Part shown: in pieces, positions 37,701 to 49,203 of the stretch
Layout of the letters: each line of letters begins with the position of its first letter
Numbering within the stretch: the stretch's first letter is position 1
Assembly (NCBI GenBank): GCA_039621445.1
Contig: CP154954.1
Coordinates: 20,632,642 to 20,696,641 of the forward strand
DNA from: Euglena gracilis
Taxonomy: Eukaryota
Reading direction: 5' to 3'
DNA length: 64,000 nt
Made by a program: the position numbers and the translations under genes
Notes under the pieces: generated by a model
The model's database searches: none
The model's input: the letters and a program-made list of their open reading frames with translations, nothing else
What the model was told of the DNA's origin: nothing

Positions 37701-39862
37701 GATCCACATCTCCAGGCAGGCGTCGCTCACCGCCTTCTCGAAGTCCTGCAGCTTGGGCTTCTCCCCCAGCAGCGCCGGCACCACCGCCGCCCGCGCCTCC
37801 GGTGTCATCAGCATCCTCAGGGACCGCAGCGCCGACACCGTCAGCCCCTTCTTCGCCACCTCCAGCTTCCGCAGCGTCTCGATGGCCTGCTGCCCCAGCT
37901 GCTCCACCCAGCGCTGGAGGGGGCTGTACGCCTTGGTTGCCGTGTCCTGAGTGTGGGAGGCGGGAGACAAGTATATGAACATTCCATTGAACGGACCAAA
38001 ATGCGAACATGCGCATTCTTCTCTTATAAGAATGCGCATGTGCGCAATCATGTTATGCCACACACTGCTGCATGCCATCTCCCGAACCTGACCACCCACA
38101 TTGCATCATCATCCATTACCCCCATACAGCACGAGCCACACCGTCTTCTGGGTCCTGTCTTACCCCGCCTTCCGCAGCGCCACGGCTGTATAACCGCACC
38201 CCCAGCATGCATCGGGATGCGGACCGGTGGCGCCAGCGGGCTGAGCGCGAATTAGCTGCCCGTCCGGTTCCCCGTTCCGCGGCAACCATCGAGGAGGTGG
38301 ATGCAGGCCTTGCTGCTTGGCTGCGGTATCACCCCCACCTGCGGGCGGCAGCGGTGGAGCAGGGGTTGCCGAGCAAAGCGCTCCTTCTGCTGTGGGAGGT
38401 GGACAAGGGCATGCCCTTCCCGTCCACCGCGGGCAGCTCGGAGTCCGCGCTGGCCTTGGGCTTCACCCGTCGCCTGCGTCGCCAGGTTGGCCTGGACGAC
38501 GAGCTGCGGGATTACATGATCCCCCGAGATGTGGTCGGTGCCCTGGGACCGGGCCTGCGGGACAGCCACAACCAGCGCTGGCCGGTGCAGATCGTAACAC
38601 CCGCCCATGGGGAGCCAGCTGCCTGGTACGAGCTGTTCCAGCAACGGTGGAAGGATTACCTGTCATCTTTACGCGTCTCGGCGCCGGCGGAGGAGGCGGA
38701 TCACCGGCGGGCGCGAGCGGTGGAGGACCTGGCTCCAGTGAAGAGGCAGCGGACAGCCCCTCCGGCACGAGCAGCGTCAGCCAAGCCCCCCGCCACGCCG
38801 CGATCATCAACCAGGGCACGGTCTCCGGCCGCTGAGGCCGACGTGCCCCCACCGAAGCGTCAGTCCACCTTGGACTGTTGGCGGCAACCTGCGAGGGCCC
38901 CGCTACCCCGTCATGGGCGAGCGGCTGAAGGTCCACCGACCTAATGGAGGAGGGATGGGGCGCTTGGCATCGTGGTGATCTCGGTCATCATGGCCTGGAC
39001 AGCGCCCCGCGGTGAGGCCCCCCTCGCCGCTCCGACCGAACCCCCCCCGCCTTCCGCAGCGCCACCGCCAGCCTCACCTTCGGGTTGGCCTCCGCCCGCA
39101 CGTCGTCGCCCAGCAGCAGCGCCGCGAAGCTGCTGAGGGGGAGGCCGTGGACCTGCATCTGCTGCGCCTGGTTGTCGCCACCGGCCAGCTGCCGTGCTTC
39201 AGCACCCTCGCCAGCACCCACCGGTACTGCTCCGGCACCTCGCCGCTCCTTCAGGAAGTCCTCCGCCATCCTCTTCAGCGCCGCGGTCATGTGCTGGCCG
39301 CCCACCACCACGTACTCCCGATCTGTGACGAGACGAACGAGGAAGGCAGGGGGATGGAAAGAGGCTGCAAGCCAGGTATGAATGCCAAAGCCACTGCATG
39401 TTTGCGCGGGTGCGCATTCGCCAATTCAATCAATGCATATCCATCCATAAATTCATCATGCAAAGCAAATCACCAACCAACAAACAATGCGCACATGCGC
39501 ATACCTATCGTGTCTGCCGCCCAGACCACGACTCTCTGCACCGTGGTGGGGGGGTTGGTGCGCATGGCCTCGTAGACGCGGTCCACGTCCTCCGCCACCA
39601 ACGACCGCACCTGCCCCTCTCGGCAGCTCAGGTCGAAGCGCACCTTGGTGAGCTCGATGCGCTGCTCACCCGGCAACAGCCAGTCCTCAGGCCTCCCGCC
39701 CGCCCATGTCGCGATGGCCTCCACCACTCGCTTCTTCTTCTTCCTCCGCCTCTCCCCCTCTGCTTCCTCCTCCTCCTCCTGCAAGGGACCTTGGGTGGGG
39801 GGTACCGTGAGGGGCTCCGGCACGTCGGGGACTGAGGGCGCTGGCGATGGGGGGCGGGACAT
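34768..39862 (-). CDS. Multi-exon protein with N-terminal ParB/Sulfiredoxin-like domain and acidic/Pro-rich C-terminal tail; this copy has frameshifts and insertions
   Basis: Exons are ~39505-39862, 38965-39322, 38120-38156, 37655-37946, 36992-37488, 36384-36500 and 34768-36111. GT-AG introns 39323-39504, 37489-37654 and 36112-36383 join in frame; 37947-38119 is off by one base in a C-run. The spliced sequence GQVRSL..EDVDRVYEAMRTNPPT..RVVVWAADTIDREYVVVGGQHMTAALKRM matches the ParB/Srx pattern. Confidence 0.68.
36502..36990. mobile_element. 489-bp MITE inserted at TA within an exon of the ParB-like gene
   Basis: Inverted ends are CCCGCCC(n)GGGCAATTG ... CAATTGCCCGGGGGGCGGG, with TA on both sides (36500-36501, 36991-36992) and internal GGGCAATTGACGCCCCC repeats. 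Removal restores ...ATKHR|IDVDCWVR... in frame. Confidence 0.88.
38157..38964 (+). mobile_element. 808-bp insertion carrying the C-terminal fragment of an unrelated + strand ORF (possibly a 5'-truncated retroelement 3' end)
   Basis: A GC-rich ORF ending RHGRAAEGPPT* at 38944 runs antisense to the host gene. Deleting 38157-38964 fuses the minus strand into ...MTEITTMPRTQKTVWLVLYG, with 2-bp CT junction redundancy. The retroelement origin is inference only. Confidence 0.65.
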
Positions 39863-40416
39863 GGGGGTGCCGGTGCCCTGTGGTCGAGAAATGGTACATG
39901 ACCCAGTGTGTACGGAGCGGCAACCCCTATAGCCCTTAGTGCATTTATTTGAATTGGTACCACCCCCCTCCCCTCCGAGGAAAAAACCATCCAAAACGAA
40001 TTTTTTTTTTAACGAATGCCTCTGAAAGGGCCAGAACAGGCGATTTCGACAACGGCGGCGCCTCCAGCGGTGCTGTTTTCTGGAACAGGTCAGGGGAAGT
40101 CGAAATATTTCGGATGCACAATTTTGAAAAGTCCTGAGGCTCTGTTTTTGGCGAAAATCACTGGACAAAATTACACACCTGACGTGTGCAATGCTAGTCG
40201 CGCAGAATCGCGTAATGTACGCGGATATTTTTTGGAGGAAAAATTCGTGCCCAGCTGTCCGAAAGGAGGCTGACCAAGGCGCGGGGGCTCCGCCCCGGTG
40301 TTCTACACACTTGCGCGCACCCCCCGCAGTCCTCCCAATCGTTCCAGAACGTCGGACGAATCAAGCGCCCCCGTGTCCCGGGTGGTGGGGTGCCCCGCCC
40401 GGTGCGGGGTCCCAGC

Positions 40417-43400
40417 TCAGGCGACGTCCTCGTCGGGGTTGGCTGGGAGGTACACGTTGGGGCCCGTGGCGGGCGGCACGGGATCGGGGATGCGGCCGGC
40501 CAGGTGGGGGGTGCTGAGACCGGCCCGGGCCTCTGGGCCGACGGCACGGGGGTGGGGGACCCCCGGTACGCACCACCGCGGAGCCGCCGGGATGGGCAGG
40601 CCCGCTGCCTGCGGCGCGAAGGGAGCGGGTTGCTCGAACACGGACTGCCGAACAGGGGCTGCGCCGTGCCGAAGGACGGCGGCGGGTGGGTGCTGGCGGG
40701 GCAATCACCAAGTCAATTCGCGAAAAGAGAACATTGCCACACACTGACCGGGTGTTTGAGTCAGTCTGTGTATTCCCAACGATCGAAGTTACTGCGAATG
40801 CGCATCTGCGCATTCCAAGAGATTATGGTGAAGACGGTCATATGTAGTTTGTTTGCGCACATGCGCATTCTGTGGTCATGACCTCTCAGTCAAGACAAGA
40901 AAGAGAATGGGTTAGCAAAAGCGTTCTTAACACGCTGTATACATCGAACAGCTCAGTGGAATAACCCAAGACACAGCAGTTGCACTGTCCATTTCGTATT
41001 ACGGGTGAGTCGTCAAAACCAACACAATTCAGAACATCTGGTAAAATCAGTCCTGAATGCACATGTGTGCAAACAGTGCTGATTGCGCACATGCGCATTC
41101 AGCACTGTTTGCGCTCATGCGCAATCAGCACTGTTTGCGCTCATGCGCAATCACAATGTTATTTCGCACTCATGATGATTGACAGACAATTCCTCCATAT
41201 GCCCCGCCAGTTCGCAACAGCTGGTTGCACCGGGACGGTGGCGACTGGCTGGGGCTTCGCCTTCGGCTTGCCCTGTGGCTGGGCCTTGGGCTTCGCCTCC
41301 GGTCGGACGCGCCCGGCCATGCCGTCCCACGCCCGGAGGTACTGGACGACCTCCTCCTCGCTCCGACGGGCGCACAGGCCATCCAGCTCCCGTTGCACGT
41401 CCTCGTTGGGCAGGTCGTCCCCGACCAGGGCGAGCAACGCGTACCGCATCGTGGCCGTCGCGTCCTCCGGGGTGAGGTCCACGGACAGCAGGCTGGCGGG
41501 GTGGCTCCAGTCCGCGGGCCAGGGCTCACCCACGGAGTACTCCCGCTCCGTCAGCCGGGCCACGTAGCGGACCACGTCGGACACGGACTCAACCGCCACC
41601 ATCTGTCCGGGCACCACGGGCAGTCGCTGCTCCGCACCGCACCGTTCCAGAAGGGCCTCCACGTGTCCGCGCACTGTGTCCACCCACCGCTGCCCCACGT
41701 TGCCACCCCGCAGCACCCTGACCCCGGGTCGACCCGTCTCCAGCAGCGCGTACAGGTCTCCCACCTGATCCGTGCTCACCGCCAGCGGGTGCCGCTCGTT
41801 CTCCCGCCCCAGCCGGGACAGTGCCGCCTCACACAGCTCCTCGCTGAAGCAGGCCGCGGGCAGGGCGGCGTGCCACGGCATCCAGCACAGCATGGCCACC
41901 CCCACGGTCCGGATGTACTCCGTCCGGCGCTCACCGGGGGCCTCCAGACGCAGCAGCAGGGCCAAACTGGCGTGCAGCACCTCGAGGGCGTGTCCGCCGG
42001 TGCCGGACTGTCGGAGCTCCCAGTGGCAGGTGCGCACCATCTCCCCCAGGACCAGACACGCCGGAGCCCACTCCCCCAGGAGATCCGCCAGCACCGCCAG
42101 GATGGTGCTGTCCGCCCGCAGGATCCGCACGACCTGCTGGGCATCCCGCAGTGCAGACTCGGCCCGCTGCAGCGCCGCCTCCGCCTCCTCCGCACCGGCG
42201 ATCGCACGCTCCGCCCGGGACCAGGGGGCCTGATCGGCACACACCCGCACCAGCTGCTGCCGAACGTGGGCCTCAGCCGCCTCCAGCTGGGCCTGCCACT
42301 CCGCCACGGTGGTGGCCCGCTGCGCCGCCTCGCGTTCCACCACGGTCAAGCGACGAACCAGACGGTCCCGGAATGCGCAGATGCGCAATCGGGTGGCCCG
42401 CGGCACCAGCAGGAGGGCCCCCAGCCACCGCTCCAGGGTCTGCAGGTTGGGCCGGTGGAAGCTGCCCGTACCGCTGCGGGCCAGGGTGCCGCTCTGCACG
42501 TAGAGGAAGAGGGGCAGGAACCGCCGGTACACGGTGTGCACCACCTGTTTGTAGGGGTGCCACACCGCGTACAGCATGGGGAGGGGGGTCAGGGCGGCCG
42601 ACACGTCCCACCGCTGCAGCTCCCTGCCGTACAGCAGCTTCGCCACCCGGTACCAGATGTTCTCGTCCACGAGGACCGGCACCGGGTGGCGAGGTGGTCG
42701 GCGACCGAGCCCCGCAGGTAGCGCAGCACCTCCAGCAGGCCGACCTGGGCCGACACGGCGTGGTCGCCCATGAGGAACGGACGCCACGGCAGGGCCTCCA
42801 CCCGGGGCCGGCTCACGTCCAGGGGAACGCGGAAGTCCGTCGCCGGCAGGTCCCAGTCGGCCACCGCCCGGATGCGCTCCCGCAGTCGTCCGCCGCCGTG
42901 CTCCGCCAGCTCGGTACCAACCAGCAGGTGCCGCTGCCACAGCTGCTCCAGGGAGTAGTAGCCGGGGAACGGGGGCACGGGGTCCACCAGCGGCAGCACC
43001 GCCACCACCACCACGTTCAGGTGGGCATCCATCTGGCGCGGCGTGTTGCGGTACCGCCGTTTGTAGTAGTTGTCGAACCACAGCACCGCGGGGTTCCCGG
43101 CCAGGTCGTGCCACAGCTCGGCCTGCCGCGCCAGGGCCAGCCGGGCGCGGTCGGCGGCGGAGTGCAGCAGGGCGGTGGGGTGGACCCCGCTGGGGCGGAG
43201 GAAGCGGCCCAGGGCGCGGGTGGCGGGCAGGGGGACGTCTTCGGCGGCGAGGCGGGGCTGTGGGGCGCGGGGGCAGGCGTGCTGGCGGTGGGCCCGGTAC
43301 GAGGCCCAGGCGTCCCGCAGCAGCATCTCCGTGCCCTGGCGGCGGGGGCGGCGTGTCAGCTCCGCCAGGAGGTGGTCGCTGTCCGGGGAGCGGCGGAACG

Positions 43401-43602
43401 GGACCCGGGTGTGGGCCACCAGGACCACCAACTCGTACAGGGGGTGGGGCGGGTCCACCACGGCCGTGACGAAGTCGGCGTACGTGGCAACGAAGGTGTC
43501 GCGCACCAGCCGCCCGATGATCTTGCCCGCCGTGGCACAGGCGAGGACGGCGGGGGTGTGCGTGTGCCGGGCACGGTACAGGGACTGGGGTTGTCGGGGC
43601 AT
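40417..43602 (-). CDS. Putative DDE/RNase H-fold transposase, Academ/DUF6589-like; one apparent frameshift near 42690
   Basis: Joining ORFs 42589-43719 and 41159-43114 gives the motif order VLWFDNYY...AHLNVVVVAVL...VLVDENIWYRVAK...LYAVWHPYK...EELCEAALSRL, which resembles the Academ DN...D..xY...xWH/FH...E pattern. The ATG at 43602 follows a CAG acceptor at ~43630. A GT-AG intron at 40693-41230 joins a last exon in phase 0, with the stop at 40417. Confidence 0.7.
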
Positions 43603-44802
43603 GGGGATGCTGAGGTGGGGTGTAGGGACTGCCGAGTGACGGGAACCGCCGAGACAGCAGTCAGAGGACAAACAAACATTCGTAAAACGAGGTACAAACC
43701 GATCGAAATGCACTACCACAAAAACGTCTCAACAATGCGCATGTGCGCATTCATCGTTCAGTCTGGTGGTAACATATAACTGAAAAAGGTACAGAATACA
43801 CAATGTACGACAGAATGCGCACATGCGCATTCTGTCGTACATTGTGTAACGAACTGGTAGCCGGTCTGGGGTCGTCTCGCTTGTGTTCTGATAACCGCAG
43901 CCTGTCTGTGGGTGTGACGTCCAGCTGAAAACAACGTTAACAGTCAATCAGTACACGTCAAGCCAGGTGTTGACGGTGTGACAACAGTGGATTCAGAATC
44001 GTGCGTGCTCGCTCCGTTCATCGGGCTGCGGGGAGTGACTGACTCACAGTTCAAAACCACACTCAACTGCAAAGGACCAAAGGAACACAATCGCCAGGTA
44101 AGCGTGTGACACACCCCGTACCAACACTGGACCGACAAATCACAAGGCTGACTGGAAACCAGTCCTTCACGTCTCAGAAGGGAGCAACCACCACCACGCT
44201 TACTGACACACCGGTACCCGTGTATCAGCCCAGAAAGCAGGGGGGGGGGGAAAGTGAAGTCATCTGGACAGTCTGAATGCGCAGGAGCGCATTCTTCAAC
44301 TCATTGGTCTGAATGCGCATCTGCACATTCAGACCCCTCGTATACTACACGGTGAAACAACCACCCACCCACCCAGGTCGCATCCCCTCCCGCTCTCTCA
44401 CTCACCGGTCCAATTAGAACCTTCCAATAGGAAACATGTGACCCACCCCTGCATGGTGGTCCCGACCCCACTCACCACCACCCCTTTCCGTCCAGACCAC
44501 CCCAATTCGGATCTTGACAATCCCGCAATACTGCTGCCTCGGCGGGGTGTGGGAGTGTAGCTGACGTCAGGGGCAGTCACCTCACAATCTTCTTTGCAGT
44601 CGAAATGTGATACAAAGCACACTGTGCAGAAAGAAGCAAACATTCAAAACGCGTCAAAATATTAGAGCCTTCCCATTACGCGATTTGGATAGTGTTTTCA
44701 GAGCGCACGCGACAGGGCCGGAATGCGCACCTGCGCATTCCGCGTCCAAAATGCGCGGATGCGCATTTTCACTAAAACTGTCATATTTTTGTGACTACAC
44801 AA

Positions 44803-44828
44803 GAAAAGTGCATTCCCGGCCGTCTAAG
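44803..44828 (-). repeat. Right 26-bp terminal inverted repeat
   Basis: GAAAAGTGCATTCCCGGCCGTCTAAG, followed by TSD TCTGT. Confidence 0.95.
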
Positions 44829-47632
44829 TCTGTTGCCCCGTCGCCCTGGGAACACTGCAGGATCAAGTGAATGATTGTGTGATGGACTTCTGTTTTTTTT
44901 TTACCACGTAGCTGTCAAAGATAGCCGCTGGCACCACAGGTGGTTTGTTGGACGATGAGCTGGCTTCAAAACCCTCAAAACACCCATCCCCCATGTTCGA
45001 TTGCTTTTGGCAGTATATTAGCTTTTCAAGCCCGCACCACTTTCAAAGCACACCCCTCAGATTAATGTTAGCCTTCTGAACCTCCTGAAGCCTGCTTGCC
45101 AGCATTTCAATTTTGTAGAAACTTTTTTTTTTCGCGCAATTGTTGTCTTTCCCTGATTTGTTTGCTGCCTGAATCTTTGTGACAAAATTGAAGGACTTTG
45201 CTGTGGCATATTTGCTCTTTGACACATTTTCAAGGTGCTAGACAATGCAAACTTGTGTCAGAAAAGTCGGTCTTTGGCTTTATTGTCGAAAACTTGCTCT
45301 ATCGTCTGCAAGGTGACTTCTTTGGCATATTCCGTGGGTTTGGATCATGCCATTGTTTAACACCTGTGTCACCCCACCCCCGGGGGTTGACTGACTGGTT
45401 TTTTCAGAGTGACTTACTGGTTTTCTGGCCAAGACCCCCCCCAGGGGTGGGGTAAGCCCGGAAATGAAAAAAAAAAGTGGCTGGCCTGGCACAGGCGCCG
45501 GAAATTTTTCGGAATTTTGTGCGTCGCCGAAAGGTGCTGGAAATTCGTGTGTCAGATGATAAGAGGGTTTCATCGTCATTGGACAGTGCCAAATCGTCCG
45601 AATCTGATTCTTCTGACCATTTTTCTGATGTAATTATGCCTCTTTTTTTCAAACTGGGCGAGACCACACATGAGAACATACCTCCAATCTCATTGCTTCA
45701 CCACGATGGCTTACCAAAACAGGCACATTCAATCCCTCCCGGGGGGGGGGGGTAAAGTGGCTGACTGGTTTTTTTTGGGGGGGGAAAAGTGACTGGTTGG
45801 TTTTTTCAGAGTGGAAAGCGACCACCCCTCCCCCCCAGGGGGGTCGCAAAGCAATGGTATGGTTTGGATCCCCCTGATCCGCTTTCTCCAATTGGGGCGT
45901 GTAGCAACAATCCAAAAGTCAGACCCCCCAAATAAGGCCCCCTGGAGTTTTGGGGGGGGGGTTACCTGCCCCCCCTTCCAAAAGGCCTTGAGGACCGGCT
46001 TGGGCTACCCACCCTGGGTTATTTCCATTATTAAAAGGAAACTGTCAGGATCTCCGGTGCTGGCAAATTTGTGACAAAGAACGTTGTCGGGGTCCCTGAA
46101 TGTCTGACCTTCCAGGTGACAATTATCCCTTGTTGGGAATTCAGGCTGAACAAGAATTCTGGAAATTCTATTCCCCCACCATCTGGTTCTTCAGGGGAGT
46201 GCGACCTTCCACCCACCCACCCCTTCCTGCATTTCAGAGTGCCAGTTTTTTTGGTCAAAATGTCGGTGCCTTCTGCGCCAAGGGCGTTTATCTTTGCCAT
46301 CCTGCCATGCGGGGTCGAACCCCCCACCAAGCGTTCGCACATGGCGTTGGGGGGGGGTTGTTGATGCCACCGCCATGAGTGAAGTGTGTGCGGGAGGGTC
46401 CACCCCCCCCCACCCTGATCCTGGTGGGGGGGACGGTGGTCCGACCCCCCCCCCCACCGCCCACCACCCACCAGGCTTTCCTGTATTCAAGGGGCGGCAA
46501 TTTTCAGGATGAATTTAATCTTTCGGTGCCGAAGGAATTTTTTTTTGACTGGGCACCATGGCGGGTGGGGGGGTCAACCCACCCCGCCCACGTCTCGGGT
46601 GGGGGGTCAACCCCCCTCCACCAGGACTTCCCGTACAGTCCTGCCCCTGCCACACCCGCGTGAGGTGAAGTGACAATGAGGTAAGTACAAAACAAAAGGC
46701 AGAAGAGTGACTCGATATTTTGGAAAATGATGGAGGTTGATGAAATCACAGCCGTGAATATACAAGAAATGGTGTCCGTTGTTAATCAACCGACCCGGTG
46801 GATCCCGTGAAGGCCCTGTTTAGGATTTTTTTTGAGTCCAAATCATTAACCCCGCAGGTCCCCAGGTCCTGCGTGGTTGATTATTTGGACTCAAAAAAAG
46901 GGTCTGGTTTCCAACTTCGGACGTTCAAACAATAATTAGTGGTGGGGTTATTTTTATTTTTTTGTGGGCTTTTGGGGGGGCAAATTAGTGAAATATTTTT
47001 TGATTTGATCAAAGATTGACCGTGGTGATACAGAATCCTCTGCTAAGGTTATTTTTGACAAATTATGGGCCAAGAGGTAAATTCTCGTTCGGAGGCTTGC
47101 GTAATTATTGGCCGGCATTATGTTCGCCATTTGTTCGTGTTTCGCTCTTTGCAGCGTGCGCTCAACCTGAGCTAAAGAACGTGAGGCGAGGAGATACGCT
47201 GTTAGGCTTCTTTGAAAGACCCCCGAGAAGTCATTTTCACTCTAAAAAAAAATTCATTCATTTAAATCTCTGGGGGGGGTCGACTACTCCCAGGCACCAA
47301 ATTTTTTCCATGTAATTGTTTCCTGTGTATTTTTGGAGATTTTCTGTCTGGTCTGTGAATTTTATCAGAGTAATTTCCAAGTTTGTTTCGCCCCTTCTGC
47401 CCGTTCCGTCCCCTTTCTGGCGCAATCCTGTTTCGTTCAGTCCATTCAGAGGGTATAACCAGCAATGCTGCCCGGCGTACTCTTCTGACATGTGCTTTTG
47501 ATGGATGTTTCGACGAAATGTTGGCATTATTGCCTTTTCTTTTCACAATTCTGTGTGTTGATGGTGGCCATGTATTTTAAAAGAAGAAAATTATCAAATC
47601 AAATGCCAAGGCCAAAGTCATCAACACGCGGA

Positions 47633-47635
<3 letters not shown>

Positions 47636-47688
<53 letters not shown>

Positions 47689-47728
47689 TGTGTGTGTGTG
47701 TGTGTGTCCATGCGTGCGCGCGCGCACA

Positions 47729-47772
<44 letters not shown>
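47636..47772. repeat. Compound (CT)n-(TG)n-(CG)n-(CA)n microsatellite
   Basis: Direct inspection. Confidence 0.92.
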
Positions 47773-47775
<3 letters not shown>

Positions 47776-49203
47776 CATATATTCCCTTTCTCAGCCAAGT
47801 GACCTTTTTGTACTCTCCTTTCTAGGATTTTCTTAAGATGCACCCCATTCTGCCCCCTGGGGCGATCCAACCCGCCAGGGGGTTTACCTAAAACAGCCAG
47901 GGGGGTGCTGTGGGCAAGCAGCCGGGTTGGGCATTTTCGACCCCCGGTGGCAGGGTTTTGGGGTGAGTTTTGTTTGGGGTGGGTTTTGGGTGGGTTGTGC
48001 CGAAGGCGCTGGGGGGCCCGGAAAATGGTAATTTTCAAAGGAAAACCTGCTTGGTCGGCAGGCACCAGGGAGATAGCACAAGCAGCCCCCTCCCCCTGGG
48101 GTTGGTAAAAAGGAGCCTGGTTGGTTGAAATCAACACAAACCGAGGAGGCACAGAGCGATTGTCAAAGGAATACACCACGGAGAACTACAAGGACAAGAC
48201 AAAAAGTTAATTGGATTCCAAAGTTTTTCCATAATGCCAAAAAATGGCCAAAATGGGACACAAATTGTCAAAAATGAAAACTAAATTGGCCAAATTTACC
48301 AAAAAGGCCAAACAATGCTGACAATTCATCCAAAAATTGCTTAAATCAGCCAAAAAAACGGTAATTAAGTGAGGTTGACTCCGAGCTCCCACCTTTTCGA
48401 AAAAGATGTTCACAAATTTCTGTAAAATTCTGCAAGTTTTCACTGCAACCTTGGCCCCCCTATGGTTGGCTCCACGGCCACCCTTCAATCCTGGCAATTT
48501 TGTATTGCCTTTTTTTGTGGATAATTCTGGACAACAAAAATTGCTGGATACGACAAATACGGGGAAAAATCATGAAAATTTTTTGGGGGAAATTATGGTA
48601 ATTTAGCATTTGTAATGAGCATTTCGGCAAGAGAAAAATTCAAATTTTTCAAAAAAAAATGGTCAGGATGGTCTTTGGTGACCTTTTTTTTTGTTTCTTC
48701 GTTGCAGCCCCCAAAAATGATAATACGGGTAAAAAACAAATTACTTCAAAATGAGGATGTTCAGGATGTTTACATTTTTGGCTCTCATTATTTTGTCCAG
48801 ATTGTTAGAGATGTAAAAGCGGATGCTCTTTTGGTACCAGCAGAAATCCTTGCCCTGATTTTTACCAATTTGAATTCGTCTTATTCATAGCAACACATTC
48901 TGTCTCATTTTCTGTTCTGTTTCAAGTTCCTACTCCTACTTTTGTTCAATGGTGATGGATGCCCGTTTCAGAGAGTGCCGAGCTATTATTCAGATCTCGG
49001 GCACACAACTGACCAAAATAAGGCTGTTACCCCACCACCCTCAAAGGGAGCAAGCTTCTTTTACACCGAGTGGGTGCCATCGTTGCTGCATTGGTGGGCT
49101 GGGCCAGGGCCAGTGTGTTGTCACAGAAACACAGGGCAGCCCTCCCATTTATCTCGTTCCCCTCACGCAGGGTTCTGTGCTCCACACACCACACCCCTGG
49201 ACG

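Larger units (their letters stand above)
33503..44768. repeat. Dispersed 20-bp palindrome GAATGCGCAnnTGCGCATTC, about 25 copies confined to the transposon
   Basis: Copies start at ~33503, 33804, 34430, 34575, 34613, 36139, 36219, 36254, 37521, 37999, 38030, 39400, 39485, 40796, 40851, 41081, 41107, 41133, 42371, 43733, 43813, 44275, 44310, 44720 and 44749. No convincing copy was seen outside the TIRs. Confidence 0.92.
33464..44828 (-). mobile_element. 11.4-kb TIR DNA transposon, Academ-like, with ParB-like cargo gene
   Basis: CTTAGACGGCCGGGAATGCACTTTTC at 33464-33489 is the exact reverse complement of 44803-44828. TCTGT flanks both ends (33459-33463 and 44829-44833), giving a 5-bp TSD. The interior holds GC-rich minus-strand coding segments, including a DDE-like transposase. 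Confidence 0.93.

Noticed and set aside
41225-43779. Long + strand ORFs (498 aa and 542 aa), and 35332-36561
   Set aside because: These are antisense shadows of the GC-rich minus-strand genes, with low-complexity translations and no motifs.
33503-44768. Palindromic repeats as a CRISPR array
   Set aside because: Spacing is highly irregular (26 bp to over 1 kb), the repeats are interleaved with exons, no cas genes are present and the context is eukaryotic.
44720-44768. Palindrome as an NRF1-type TGCGCATGCGCA site
   Set aside because: The half-sites here are separated by 2 extra bases and extended by GAA/TTC, and confinement to the transposon argues against a general host promoter motif.
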